Positions 11,939 to 20,256 of a DNA stretch of 37,684 nt are shown here, piece by piece. The notes under the pieces were generated by a model. That model had not been told where the DNA came from, did no database searches, and was given only the letters and a program-made list of their open reading frames with translations. The stretch is from Gemmatimonadota bacterium (GTDB lineage: Bacteria; Gemmatimonadota; Gemmatimonadetes; Gemmatimonadales; GWC2-71-9). The translations under genes were made by a program, and so were the position numbers. How positions within the stretch are numbered: the first letter of the stretch is position 1; the number at the start of each line of letters is the position of its first letter. The stretch is taken from the NCBI GenBank assembly GCA_039588295.1, contig JBDHAB010000031.1, positions 1 to 37,684 of the forward strand. The letters are read 5' to 3'.

Positions 11939-13699
11939 CTAGCCGGGTGCTCGGTCCGCACGCCGCTGGGCCAGCGCGCGCTGCAGGGCTCCCACCGACT
12001 CGAAAATCAGCCAGAGCTCCAGCACGAAAATCGCCCCGCCGACCGCGAGCAGCAGGTATTGGTTGTCACTGAAGTAGCGGACGAGGTTTACCACCATCGC
12101 CCACGTGGTCATGAACAGCAGGAACGCCATTGGGATCACGGTCACCCACACCGGACGCTTGAGCCGGAACAGGAACAACGTCACCACCAGCAGGCTCAGC
12201 GCACCCGTGAGCTGGTTGGTCGTGCCGAAGAGCGGCCACAGCCGCATACCTCCGGCGCCTCGGTCGATGCCCAGCGCCACGATGGCGCAGCTCACCACCG
12301 CCACGAGCGTGGCAATCCACCGATTCTGCGCCGCCTTGACCCGATAGTGGGCGCCCAACTCCGAGATGATGTACCGCTGGAGCCGCACACCGGTGTCCAT
12401 GGTCGTCGCGGCGAACGAGATCACGACCACGGCCGCGAAGATCACGGCCACCCGATGGGGAATCCCGATCCCCTCCGCCAGCACCCCGACCCCGTTCACG
12501 AACGCGGCCGTGGCGCCGCTCGAGGCCCGGGCCCACGTGGCGTAGTGGGCGTGCCACCCGTCGGTTCCCGCAAACAGCGCGAACCCGGCCGTGGTGGCGA
12601 GGATCGAGGTGAGCGCCAAGGTCCCCTCACCGATCATGCCCCCGTAGCCCACGTACCGCGCATCGGTCTCCTTGTTGAGCTGCTTGGCGGACGTGCCTGA
12701 GGCCACCAACCCGTGGAATCCGCTGATCGCGCCGCACGCGATCGTAATGAACAGGAGCGGAAACCACGACGGTGCGTCGGCCGGCAGCTCCCGGTTCACC
12801 GCGGGTGCGACGACTTCCGGATTCACGACGAGGATCCCGAGGAAGATGATCCCCAGCGCCACGAAGAGTTGGTGACTGTTGACGTAGTCCCGAGGCTGGA
12901 GCAACAGCCACACCGGAAGCACGCTCGCGAAGAACGCATACACGAACAGGATGATCACCCATCCGGCCCGCTGGCCGTCGACCCGCGCCGCCTGCCCGGC
13001 CAAGTCGAGATTCCCTCCGGCCGCGTTGACCTGGGCTGCACTGGGCGCGAACCCGAAGAAGTCGGGCAAGCCGAACGGTGCGTACTGACCGAGCCAAATC
13101 AGGAGATAGAGAATCACCAGCGCGACCAGCGACGGGCCGAGGATTCCCGCACCAGTCCGGTAGATCAGGACGCCCACGACGAGGGCGACCACCAGGCTGC
13201 CCCAGACCGGAAGCACCGCCCCGTGGTTCGCGACGAACAGGTTCGCGATGACCACCGCGAACACGGCGTTCACCAGCAGCAGCAAAAAGAAGATGATCAA
13301 CAGGAACAACACGCGAGCGCGCCCGCCGACGATCTTGTCGGCCAAGGTCCCGATGGAATTCCCCTTGTGCCGCGTGGAGATCCAGAGCGTGCCGAAGTCG
13401 TGCACCGCCCCGGCGAACACGGTGCCGAGCACCACCCAGAGGAACGCGGGGAGCCAGCCCCAGATGACGGCGATGGCCGGGCCCACGATGGGCGCGGCAC
13501 CTGCGACCGAGGTGAAGTGGTGGCCGAACAGGACGTGCCGGTTGGTCGGCACGAAATCCACGCCGTCCTCGAGCTCATGCGCCGGCGTGACGTAGTCGGG
13601 ATCCAACCGATAGACGAACCGGGCGATGTACCGGGAGTACACGAGGTAGCCCGTGAGAAACGCGGAGATGCCGACGAGGAGTAGTGCGATCGCGCTCAC
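11939..13699 (-). CDS. cstA: Carbon starvation protein A family transporter
   Basis: 586 aa polytopic protein; TPAH...DGVDFVP, GHHFTSVAGAAPIVGP, WLLLQPRDY, TIACGAISGFH, WPLFGTTNQL. Confidence 0.93.
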   Translation of the reverse strand: MSAIALLLVGISAFLTGYLVYSRYIARFVYRLDPDYVTPAHELEDGVDFVPTNRHVLFGHHFTSVAGAAPIVGPAIAVIWGWLPAFLWVVLGTVFAGAVHDFGTLWISTRHKGNSIGTLADKIVGGRARVLFLLIIFFLLLLVNAVFAVVIANLFVANHGAVLPVWGSLVVALVVGVLIYRTGAGILGPSLVALVILYLLIWLGQYAPFGLPDFFGFAPSAAQVNAAGGNLDLAGQAARVDGQRAGWVIILFVYAFFASVLPVWLLLQPRDYVNSHQLFVALGIIFLGILVVNPEVVAPAVNRELPADAPSWFPLLFITIACGAISGFHGLVASGTSAKQLNKETDARYVGYGGMIGEGTLALTSILATTAGFALFAGTDGWHAHYATWARASSGATAAFVNGVGVLAEGIGIPHRVAVIFAAVVVISFAATTMDTGVRLQRYIISELGAHYRVKAAQNRWIATLVAVVSCAIVALGIDRGAGGMRLWPLFGTTNQLTGALSLLVVTLFLFRLKRPVWVTVIPMAFLLFMTTWAMVVNLVRYFSDNQYLLLAVGGAIFVLELWLIFESVGALQRALAQRRADRAPG

Positions 13700-13765
13700 G
13701 CGGTTGCTCCAGTCAGGTCCGGCGCAGAATGTAGGTCACGCGCGCCCACCAGGCGAGCCGCGCTC

Positions 13766-14740
13766 CTAGCGAGGGAGGCCGGCCCGCTCGTCGAGCGACA
13801 GCGCGCCAACGATCCGTCTGAGCGCCACGACGCCGTGGACCTCCGTCTCGAGGAGCGGTACGCCGTACACCGGCAGCGTCCCCACGGCGTCGCGCAGCTC
13901 GGCCAACCGCTCCGCTTCCCGCGCACGGCGCTGCGCGTAGAACGACTCGGCGGACGCTTCCGGCAGGATCCGGTTCGCGATGACCGCCCCTACCGGGATG
14001 CCGTGCTTCTTCAGTGTCTCAACGGCACGCCCCGTCTCGAGCACCGGCAGCCGTTCCGGAATTGTCACGAACACGAACGCGGTTCGCCGCGCATCGCAGA
14101 TCACGTCGCGTGCGCGTTGGAACCGCTCCCGCCGCTCCTCGAGCGCGGCGAGCACCGGATCGGTCTCAGCGGACGGCCCGTCCGCCATGGTGCCGGCCAC
14201 GCGCCGCCACATCCGCGCCATGACATTGACCTTCTTCCGACGGCCGATCAAACCCTCCATCCACGCCGTCATGTGCTCGGGCAAGGCGAGCAACCGAAGC
14301 GTGTGTCCCAGCGGAGCCGTGTCGAAGATCATGCGGTCGTATTGGCCCCCCACCGTGTCGATCAGCCGGGTGAACCGCTCGAACAACGCCGCTTCCTCCG
14401 CCCCGGGAGTCACCCGCGCGATATCGATCTGGCGCTCCACCTCCGCCGCGAGCCTCGGCGGGGTCACATCGGCGATCCGGTCCTTGACCTCGGCGATGTA
14501 GCGATCGGCTTCGCGCGTGGGATCGATCTCGATCGCCCACAGGTTCTTCAGTACCGGCGTGGGCTCGGGTCCGAGCGGCACCTCGAGCATGTCGCCGGTG
14601 GAGTGGGCCGGATCGGTGGACACGAGCAGCGTCCGCCGCTCCCGCTCGGCCGACGCCAGCGCAAAGGCCGAGGCCAGCGTGGTCTTCCCCACGCCACCCT
14701 TGCCGCCGAAGAACAACACAGGACGATCGGTCAGCAACAG
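13766..14740 (-). CDS. ArsA/Get3 family ATPase (single domain)
   Basis: GGKGGVGKTT deviant Walker A, STDPAHS, PGAEEAA, DTAPLGHT. Likely start is CTG 14740 or TTG 14737 inside the upstream Cys-Cys-stop codons. Confidence 0.88.
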   Translation of the reverse strand: MLLTDRPVLFFGGKGGVGKTTLASAFALASAERERRTLLVSTDPAHSTGDMLEVPLGPEPTPVLKNLWAIEIDPTREADRYIAEVKDRIADVTPPRLAAEVERQIDIARVTPGAEEAALFERFTRLIDTVGGQYDRMIFDTAPLGHTLRLLALPEHMTAWMEGLIGRRKKVNVMARMWRRVAGTMADGPSAETDPVLAALEERRERFQRARDVICDARRTAFVFVTIPERLPVLETGRAVETLKKHGIPVGAVIANRILPEASAESFYAQRRAREAERLAELRDAVGTLPVYGVPLLETEVHGVVALRRIVGALSLDERAGLPR

Positions 14741-15018
14741 CGGAAGCCCCCTTCGGGCGCCTGCGGCATGCCCATCCGCAGGTGCCACTGGTGAAACTGT
14801 TCGATCAGCTCCGGATAGAGTTCCAGCGTATAGAACGCGACGGGGTTCGGCACACCCAGGAGGTCGCTGAACCCGGCGAGAAAGAACAAGTCGCGCTGGC
14901 GCGCGTACTCGCGCAGGATCTGCGCCCGGTACGGCGCGACGTACATGCCCTCGTAGATCTCCCGCGCCGCGCTGAGCCGGCGTCGAATGGCTTGCCACAG
15001 GTTCCGTGCAGCGCTCAT
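14731..15018 (-). CDS. Small CstA/ArsA-associated protein ending in Cys-Cys-stop (cory-CC-star type)
   Basis: 95 aa; APYR..., LGVPNPVAFYTLELYP, FHQWHLRMGM...GGFRCC*. Confidence 0.85.
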   Translation of the reverse strand: MSAARNLWQAIRRRLSAAREIYEGMYVAPYRAQILREYARQRDLFFLAGFSDLLGVPNPVAFYTLELYPELIEQFHQWHLRMGMPQAPEGGFRCC

Positions 15019-15072
15019 CGCCCTCTCTCGCTCTCCGGCTTGGGTCTCAGGAGTTGTAACGCGCGGACACGG

Positions 15073-16266
15073 CTAGGGTTCGACGGTACGACCGATCGGC
15101 GCCAGACCCAGGACGGCGAGCAGCGCCGCGAGACCGCCGCTGAGAAGCAATGCCGTGTACGCACTCACGTGGGCGTACAGCGCTCCGAACATGATGGAGC
15201 CCGGCAACGCCGCGAGTCCGACACTCGCGTGATAGATCCCGAACCGGCGACCGCGACGCGACGCTCGCCCCGCGGCGGCCACGAAGGCACGCTCCGGCGA
15301 CTCGGTGGCCGCGGCCACCGTGCCGAACACCAGAAACCACGCGACCGCGACTGTGGGTGATCCGGCGAACCCGAGCCCGACGCATACGACCGCGTAGATC
15401 ACCCACCCGACGGTCAACGTGCGTCGCGGCCCCAGCACGTCGCTCAGCCACCCACCGGGGTACGAGGCGGCCGACCGGATCACGTGCAGCACGGCCCAGA
15501 GGACCGGGATCACCGCCACACTGACCCCCAGGTCCTGCAGTCGAAGCAGCAGCAGGGTTTCGGGAAACCGCGCGAACGCGAAGCCCACGATGAGCAGGAA
15601 GACGAACACGGGGCGGGGTGTGGGCATGACTGCGGGATCGGAACCGGGCGGCGCATTCTCATGCACCTTGGGCGCCGCCCGGGTTCCGCGCAACGCCCAC
15701 GCAACCACGAACACCGCCACCACCCCCGGAACGATGCTCCAGCGGATGACGTCGGTGGGGGTCGCGCTCGTGTGCGCCAGCATTGCCCACGCGACGAGCG
15801 GACCGAGCACGGCGCCGGCGTGGTCCATGGCGCGGTGATACCCGAAGGCACGTCCGCGCTGCACCGAGGGCGTGGCATCCGCGATGATGGCGTCGCGCGG
15901 TGGGTTCCGCGCTCCTTTGCCCACGCGGTCTCCCGCCCGCAAACCGATCACCTGCCACGCGGCCGCAACCACCCCCATTGCGGGCCGTGCAGCGGCGGCC
16001 AACGCGTAACCACCCACCACGAGCGGTCGGCGCCAGCCAACCTTGTCGGACAGCCATCCCGACGCCGCCTTGATCACCGCGGAGGCGGCCTCGGCCACAC
16101 CGTCGAGCACCCCGAGCGCCACCGCTGTTCCGCCGAGCCGCGTGGTCACGAGAGCCGGGAGCAATGGATACACCATCTCGCTCGCGAAATCGTTGAACAG
16201 CGAGACGGTACCGAGTTGTTTGACGATGCGCGGGAGGGGTCGCCGACTCCGATCCCCGTTACTCAT
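15073..16266 (-). CDS. MFS transporter
   Basis: 397 aa; SLFNDFASEMVYPLLP, GWLSDKVG, DRVGKGARNPPRDA, GRAFGYHRAMDHAGA. Confidence 0.9.
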   Translation of the reverse strand: MSNGDRSRRPLPRIVKQLGTVSLFNDFASEMVYPLLPALVTTRLGGTAVALGVLDGVAEAASAVIKAASGWLSDKVGWRRPLVVGGYALAAAARPAMGVVAAAWQVIGLRAGDRVGKGARNPPRDAIIADATPSVQRGRAFGYHRAMDHAGAVLGPLVAWAMLAHTSATPTDVIRWSIVPGVVAVFVVAWALRGTRAAPKVHENAPPGSDPAVMPTPRPVFVFLLIVGFAFARFPETLLLLRLQDLGVSVAVIPVLWAVLHVIRSAASYPGGWLSDVLGPRRTLTVGWVIYAVVCVGLGFAGSPTVAVAWFLVFGTVAAATESPERAFVAAAGRASRRGRRFGIYHASVGLAALPGSIMFGALYAHVSAYTALLLSGGLAALLAVLGLAPIGRTVEP

Positions 16267-17914
16267 CCAGTCCCATACCCCACCGAATGAGGCTCACGGG
16301 AAGCGCGCCATACTGAAGCACGGCGTCGTGGAACTTCCGCAGCGAGTAGGTCGACGGATGTGCGGCGGCGTATGCGTCGCGGAGGGACATCAACTCGCGG
16401 CACCCGACGGCGTAGCAGAGCTGGTACGCGGGCTCCGCGCAATAGCGACGCACTTCGGCTTCGGCGTGCACGCGGTCGAAGTGCACGCGGTCGACCAGGA
16501 ACGTGACCGCTTGTTCGAACGTCATCCCGCGGGTGTGGAGCCCTACATCCAACACCACTCGGCACGCCCGCCAGAGCAGCGCCATCTTCTGGAACAGCCG
16601 CTCCTCCGGCGTGGCGTAGAACCCTTCCTCCCGCATCATCTCCTCGCAGTAGAGCGCCCACCCCTCGATGGTGAGCGGGGTACCCAGCACTCGCCGTACC
16701 GTACGGCCCTGCGCCTGCGCGGTGAGAAACTGGAGGTGATGTCCAGGATAGCCTTCGTGCAGCGCGGTCGAGGCGAGATCGTGCTCACAGTGATCGCGCA
16801 ACATCCGCTCCTCGAGTTCGCAATCCGAGTCGCGGTCCGGAGGCGTGACGTAGAATGTTCCACGTCTCTCCTCGGAAAACGGCCCGGGGGGCTGATACGC
16901 GGCGAGCGGGATCAACGGCCGCAGGAACTGCGGCGTCGCAACCACCTCCAGCTCGCCCACTGGCACCGCCGCCAGCTCACGATCCTCCACGAAACGACGG
17001 GCGCGTTCCATTTGCGCGGCGTAGGCGGATACCAGTGTATCGCTGGTCGGGTGGTGGGCGCGGAGCGCGTCAACGATGTCGCGCCACGACCGGTTGCGAT
17101 CGACTTCCGCGGCGAGCGCCGACAGGTCCGCCTCGACTTCCTCGATCAGCGCGAGACCGTAGCGCCACAGCTCCGGTGCGGTGTTCCCCAGTGCGTGTTG
17201 GAAATGCAGCCGGAAGTTGAACGCCTCCTCACCGATGGCGAAGTCGCCATTGGCGGTCTCGAGCAGATCGTCCCGCAGGTAATCGGCGAACTCGCCGAGC
17301 GCCTTCCGCGCGTCGGTGCAGGCGTCCCGAAACTCGCTGTCCCCGTCCGGGTTCAGCGCCTGCTCGATCTCTTCCAGGAGCGGGAACCCCTGTTCCGCGA
17401 TCTGCAATCCCGTTTCCACGAACACGCGCGGGCAGTCGCTCAAGGTATTCCGGGTAAGATCGAGGAATGCGGGAATCTCACGGATCCGTGCTTCGGCCGC
17501 GCGGACGCGCTGCTCCTGTGTCCGGGGCAATGCCACAAGCAGGTAGAGTCCTTCCAGCATGTGCGAGACCCAGAACGCCGGATTCCGCAGATGCGGCTGC
17601 TCGCGCTCGAACCGGTCGATCGTGAATCGAAGCTCGCCGAGGACGGCCGTCCGGTCGATCTCGTCCTCCAGGCCGTCGAGGTCACACTCCTCGAGCGCGC
17701 TGCCGATCGACTTGAGTGCCGCGAGGTATTGCTTGATGTCGTCGACGCCCCACACACCCAACCGATGGTCGTACTCGGCGATGCCCGCAGCCGTCGCCGT
17801 CACCGGATCCATGTTCCAGCGCAGATCGAGGTACGACTCGACCAGATGTTCCAGCGTCCCTGGGTCCGTCAAGGTGTGCTCAGCGATTGTGGTTGGCGAC
17901 TCGATACCGGACAC
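16259..17914 (-). CDS. DUF885 domain protein (putative metallopeptidase)
   Basis: 551 aa; ALHEGYPGHHLQ, IEGWALYCE, RACRVVLDVGLH, FHDAVLQYGALP. Confidence 0.88.
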   Translation of the reverse strand: MSGIESPTTIAEHTLTDPGTLEHLVESYLDLRWNMDPVTATAAGIAEYDHRLGVWGVDDIKQYLAALKSIGSALEECDLDGLEDEIDRTAVLGELRFTIDRFEREQPHLRNPAFWVSHMLEGLYLLVALPRTQEQRVRAAEARIREIPAFLDLTRNTLSDCPRVFVETGLQIAEQGFPLLEEIEQALNPDGDSEFRDACTDARKALGEFADYLRDDLLETANGDFAIGEEAFNFRLHFQHALGNTAPELWRYGLALIEEVEADLSALAAEVDRNRSWRDIVDALRAHHPTSDTLVSAYAAQMERARRFVEDRELAAVPVGELEVVATPQFLRPLIPLAAYQPPGPFSEERRGTFYVTPPDRDSDCELEERMLRDHCEHDLASTALHEGYPGHHLQFLTAQAQGRTVRRVLGTPLTIEGWALYCEEMMREEGFYATPEERLFQKMALLWRACRVVLDVGLHTRGMTFEQAVTFLVDRVHFDRVHAEAEVRRYCAEPAYQLCYAVGCRELMSLRDAYAAAHPSTYSLRKFHDAVLQYGALPVSLIRWGMGLDE

Positions 17915-17952
17915 CCAGGCTGGTGACGCGAGCGCGGCAGAGTCACGGCGTT

Positions 17953-17981
17953 AGTGTGCGGTCCGGTTCGGGAGCCGTCAA
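17953..17981 (-). promoter_or_regulatory. Possible sigma70 promoter for the DUF885-MFS-CC*-ArsA-CstA run
   Basis: TTGACG-N17-CACACT on the minus strand, ~40 nt upstream of the GTG at 17914. Confidence 0.35.
17971..17981 (+). repeat. 11-bp direct repeat, left copy (GGAGCCGTCAA)
   Basis: Identical to 20230-20240. Confidence 0.6.
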
Positions 17982-18190
17982 GCCTGCGGGATCGCGAGTC
18001 GTCCGCGGGCGTTCCTGCGGCAGGTCTCTATCACCGCCGTGACGGACCGCCTGGAATCGACATAGCAGTAGCCCCCGTGGTGCGCCGTGAAAGGGGACCA
18101 ACGCTCCAACGTGACGCTACGCGTGCAGTGCCGCACCAATCCTGCGACGAGTGGCAGGATCGTCGACGGCGTCTGGTACTTGTCCTACGC

Positions 18191-18217
18191 GAGGGCGGGA
18201 GAAGGTCCCCCGCCCTC
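18191..18217 (-). terminator. GC-rich hairpin after the small peptide gene (possible terminator or stabiliser)
   Basis: GAGGGCGGG...CCCGCCCTC 9-bp perfect stem, 16 nt past the stop at 18234; no U-tract. Confidence 0.45.
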
Positions 18218-18233
18218 CATGTTCTGCGCGATC

Positions 18234-18416
18234 CTATTCGCCGAACGGCGGCGGCGGCGGCGGATCGAAGGGGTCCGGCTCTCCCTCGGGAAAGAGCTCC
18301 GCGTGCACTTTCAACCCCCACTCGTACCAGTACTGTGCCCATTCGTTGATCGAAGTGCACATCTTGGCACCCGGTGCCGGACACTGCACAGGCTTATACT
18401 TCGATTTTCCAGGCAT
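18234..18416 (-). CDS. 60-aa hypothetical peptide (Cys pair, Trp/Tyr cluster, poly-Pro tail)
   Basis: ATG 18416 with GGAGG upstream, 16 nt after the S8 stop; MPGKSKYKPVQCPAPGAKMCTSINEWAQYWYEWGLKVHAELFPEGEPDPFDPPPPPPFGE; composition unlike the Arg/Ala-rich shadow ORFs. Confidence 0.7.
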   Translation of the reverse strand: MPGKSKYKPVQCPAPGAKMCTSINEWAQYWYEWGLKVHAELFPEGEPDPFDPPPPPPFGE

Positions 18417-18432
18417 AGCCCCTCCAGCGGGC

Positions 18433-20112
18433 TTAGTGTGACCCCCGTGCGGGGAAGAAACGCCGGCGATCGGGCGTGCGGCGTGCGCGTCGCAGAATCG
18501 ATGGAACATGCTCCAAGCGCTCGCGTGTTCCCCTCGGCGGCACGTCCCCCGGTGTAAGCTGTTCCAGAACCCGAATCAGCTCCCGTAGGTTCGGCATAAC
18601 CCCGATCGATTTTGGCCGACCGGTCTCATCGAATTCCAAGACGCATGCGGTCCCGAGGCGAGGATCGCGCAACAAGGCACGCATTTCCCTGGGAGTGAGC
18701 AGCTGTTCCGTATGTTCGTAATGGATTTGCTGAACAAGAATCGCGACGCCCGCCACAATTGCTGAGGCGGCGCTGGTCCCACCGAAGTCGGTCACGTATC
18801 GCCGAATTCCCGGACCCGTCGTCGCGACGGCCTCTCCCCACGCATAGCAGTCGACGCGCGATCCGTAGGAGGAATGTTCAATCGCAGTGTGTCCGCTCCG
18901 CCTGCGCCCGAGCGGCTCGAGTCCCCGCTCACACGAGCCCACCAGGATCGCCCCCGAATCATCACGTCGGAGACCAAACGAGCCTTGCCACAGCGCCTGT
19001 CGCGGCAACCGCCGATCCAGCTTCCTCGCGCCATTCCCTCCCGGTTCGATGACGGTGACCCCGTTGCCGACCGCGACACGTATCGCGTCGAAACAGTGGT
19101 CCACCAACTCGATCGGATAGCCGTACTTGGTCTCGACTTCGAGTAGGAGGATTCCCCCGCTCCCCAACTCACGCACGGCGGCAATGATCGCGCCGGCTAC
19201 GTCCCACCGGTCGGACTCATACGTATTTCGACACCGCCGACCCGGCCACGTCTGGCCGGCGGACGGGGGTCTGCACCGACGGCGCGACACGACGCGTACC
19301 GTCGCTTCGGGAGCGATACCGCGAATGCCGTGCCCGGCATGCGAAGCGGCAACCACTCCGAGAACCTTGGTCCCGTGGGAGGTGCCGTACCGCAAACGGT
19401 TATGGTTGTAGACGGGCGCGGCCTCCACGCCAACGGCGGCACGCAGCAACTCGTGCTCGAAGAACCACCCGGTTTCGAGATCGACAATGCGAATCCCCTG
19501 CCCGCGATACCCCCGGTCCCACGCGTACTCCGCGTCGACCCCGCGGGGGGCCGCACCGAGATACGGTTGCGGGAGATGGTCCGTTGGAGCCGACGGCGCG
19601 GCGGTGACCGGCTCCGCCAAGTCCCATTCCAGACCGCCAAGGGTCTTCTGACCGAGACCTGTCCAGTTGAAGAATTGCCGAGCCCGCCGCTGACCCACTC
19701 GGAAGTTCCGTGACACCGCGCTGTCAACAGACTCCAGCGTGGCCGGGTCCAGGGTTTGGAACAAGATCTTGCGCTGTTCGAGTGGATACGTCCGTGTGTC
19801 CAGAACCCAGTAGGACGTGAGGCTCCGGCGAGGCGGGGAGCCGTTGGCGCGAGCTACGGTCTCGAGCTCGAAAAGTTCCGTAGTGCTGAACCGATCGACG
19901 AGTCTCCTGGTGGGGATTTCAGGGTGTGCCGCCAAGATCGGGCGGAGATCCAGATTGAACTGGCCCGCAAGATCACGGAGGTCGTCGAACTCAGTCCCGT
20001 TTCGAGCTAACCTCGCGACTTGGCGCGTCACTCGCGGGGAGAGTGCGAGAATGATGCGCCCGGTAGTAAGAGCCGTCGGTCGGCGGCTCCCGTCTGACAA
20101 CTCCTCGGGCAT
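18433..20112 (-). CDS. S8 (subtilisin-like) serine peptidase with N-terminal prodomain, no obvious signal peptide
   Basis: Catalytic Asp (IRIVDLETGW), His (SHGTKVLG), oxyanion Asn (EPGGNG), Ser (FGGTSAAS). Confidence 0.85.
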   Translation of the reverse strand: MPEELSDGSRRPTALTTGRIILALSPRVTRQVARLARNGTEFDDLRDLAGQFNLDLRPILAAHPEIPTRRLVDRFSTTELFELETVARANGSPPRRSLTSYWVLDTRTYPLEQRKILFQTLDPATLESVDSAVSRNFRVGQRRARQFFNWTGLGQKTLGGLEWDLAEPVTAAPSAPTDHLPQPYLGAAPRGVDAEYAWDRGYRGQGIRIVDLETGWFFEHELLRAAVGVEAAPVYNHNRLRYGTSHGTKVLGVVAASHAGHGIRGIAPEATVRVVSRRRCRPPSAGQTWPGRRCRNTYESDRWDVAGAIIAAVRELGSGGILLLEVETKYGYPIELVDHCFDAIRVAVGNGVTVIEPGGNGARKLDRRLPRQALWQGSFGLRRDDSGAILVGSCERGLEPLGRRRSGHTAIEHSSYGSRVDCYAWGEAVATTGPGIRRYVTDFGGTSAASAIVAGVAILVQQIHYEHTEQLLTPREMRALLRDPRLGTACVLEFDETGRPKSIGVMPNLRELIRVLEQLTPGDVPPRGTRERLEHVPSILRRARRTPDRRRFFPARGSH

Positions 20113-20173
20113 TCAGTGCCCCCCAGGGCGTGGGCTCTCCGGTCGTGCCGGAGCGGAAAGCCCCGCTCAAGCC

Positions 20174-20202
20174 CTTATACGCCGAGGGCGCGCCTGCGTC
20201 AA
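20174..20202 (-). promoter_or_regulatory. Sigma70-type promoter for the S8 peptidase cassette
   Basis: TTGACG-N17-TATAAG, ~60 nt upstream of ATG 20112. Confidence 0.6.
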
Positions 20203-20229
20203 GAGAAGCAGGCCAGCCCGACCGTGCCT

Positions 20230-20240
20230 GGAGCCGTCAA
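20230..20240 (+). repeat. 11-bp direct repeat, right copy (GGAGCCGTCAA)
   Basis: Identical to 17971-17981. Confidence 0.6.
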
Positions 20241-20256
20241 CCCGACGCAATCGCGA

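Noticed and set aside
14731..14739. TGA after Cys-Cys as a possible selenocysteine codon
   Set aside because: The protein already ends in CC as expected for this family; read-through would run out of frame over ArsA, and I saw no convincing SECIS
13766..14740. ArsA as an arsenic resistance gene
   Set aside because: Single domain, no metalloid-binding Cys cluster, no arsRBCD context
16043..17926. 627-aa plus-strand ORF, and many similar long antisense ORFs (e.g. 829-1902, 8707-9795, 29712-31085, 34278-35471)
   Set aside because: They lie opposite well-supported genes, show no motifs, and are the shadow ORFs expected from high-GC codon bias
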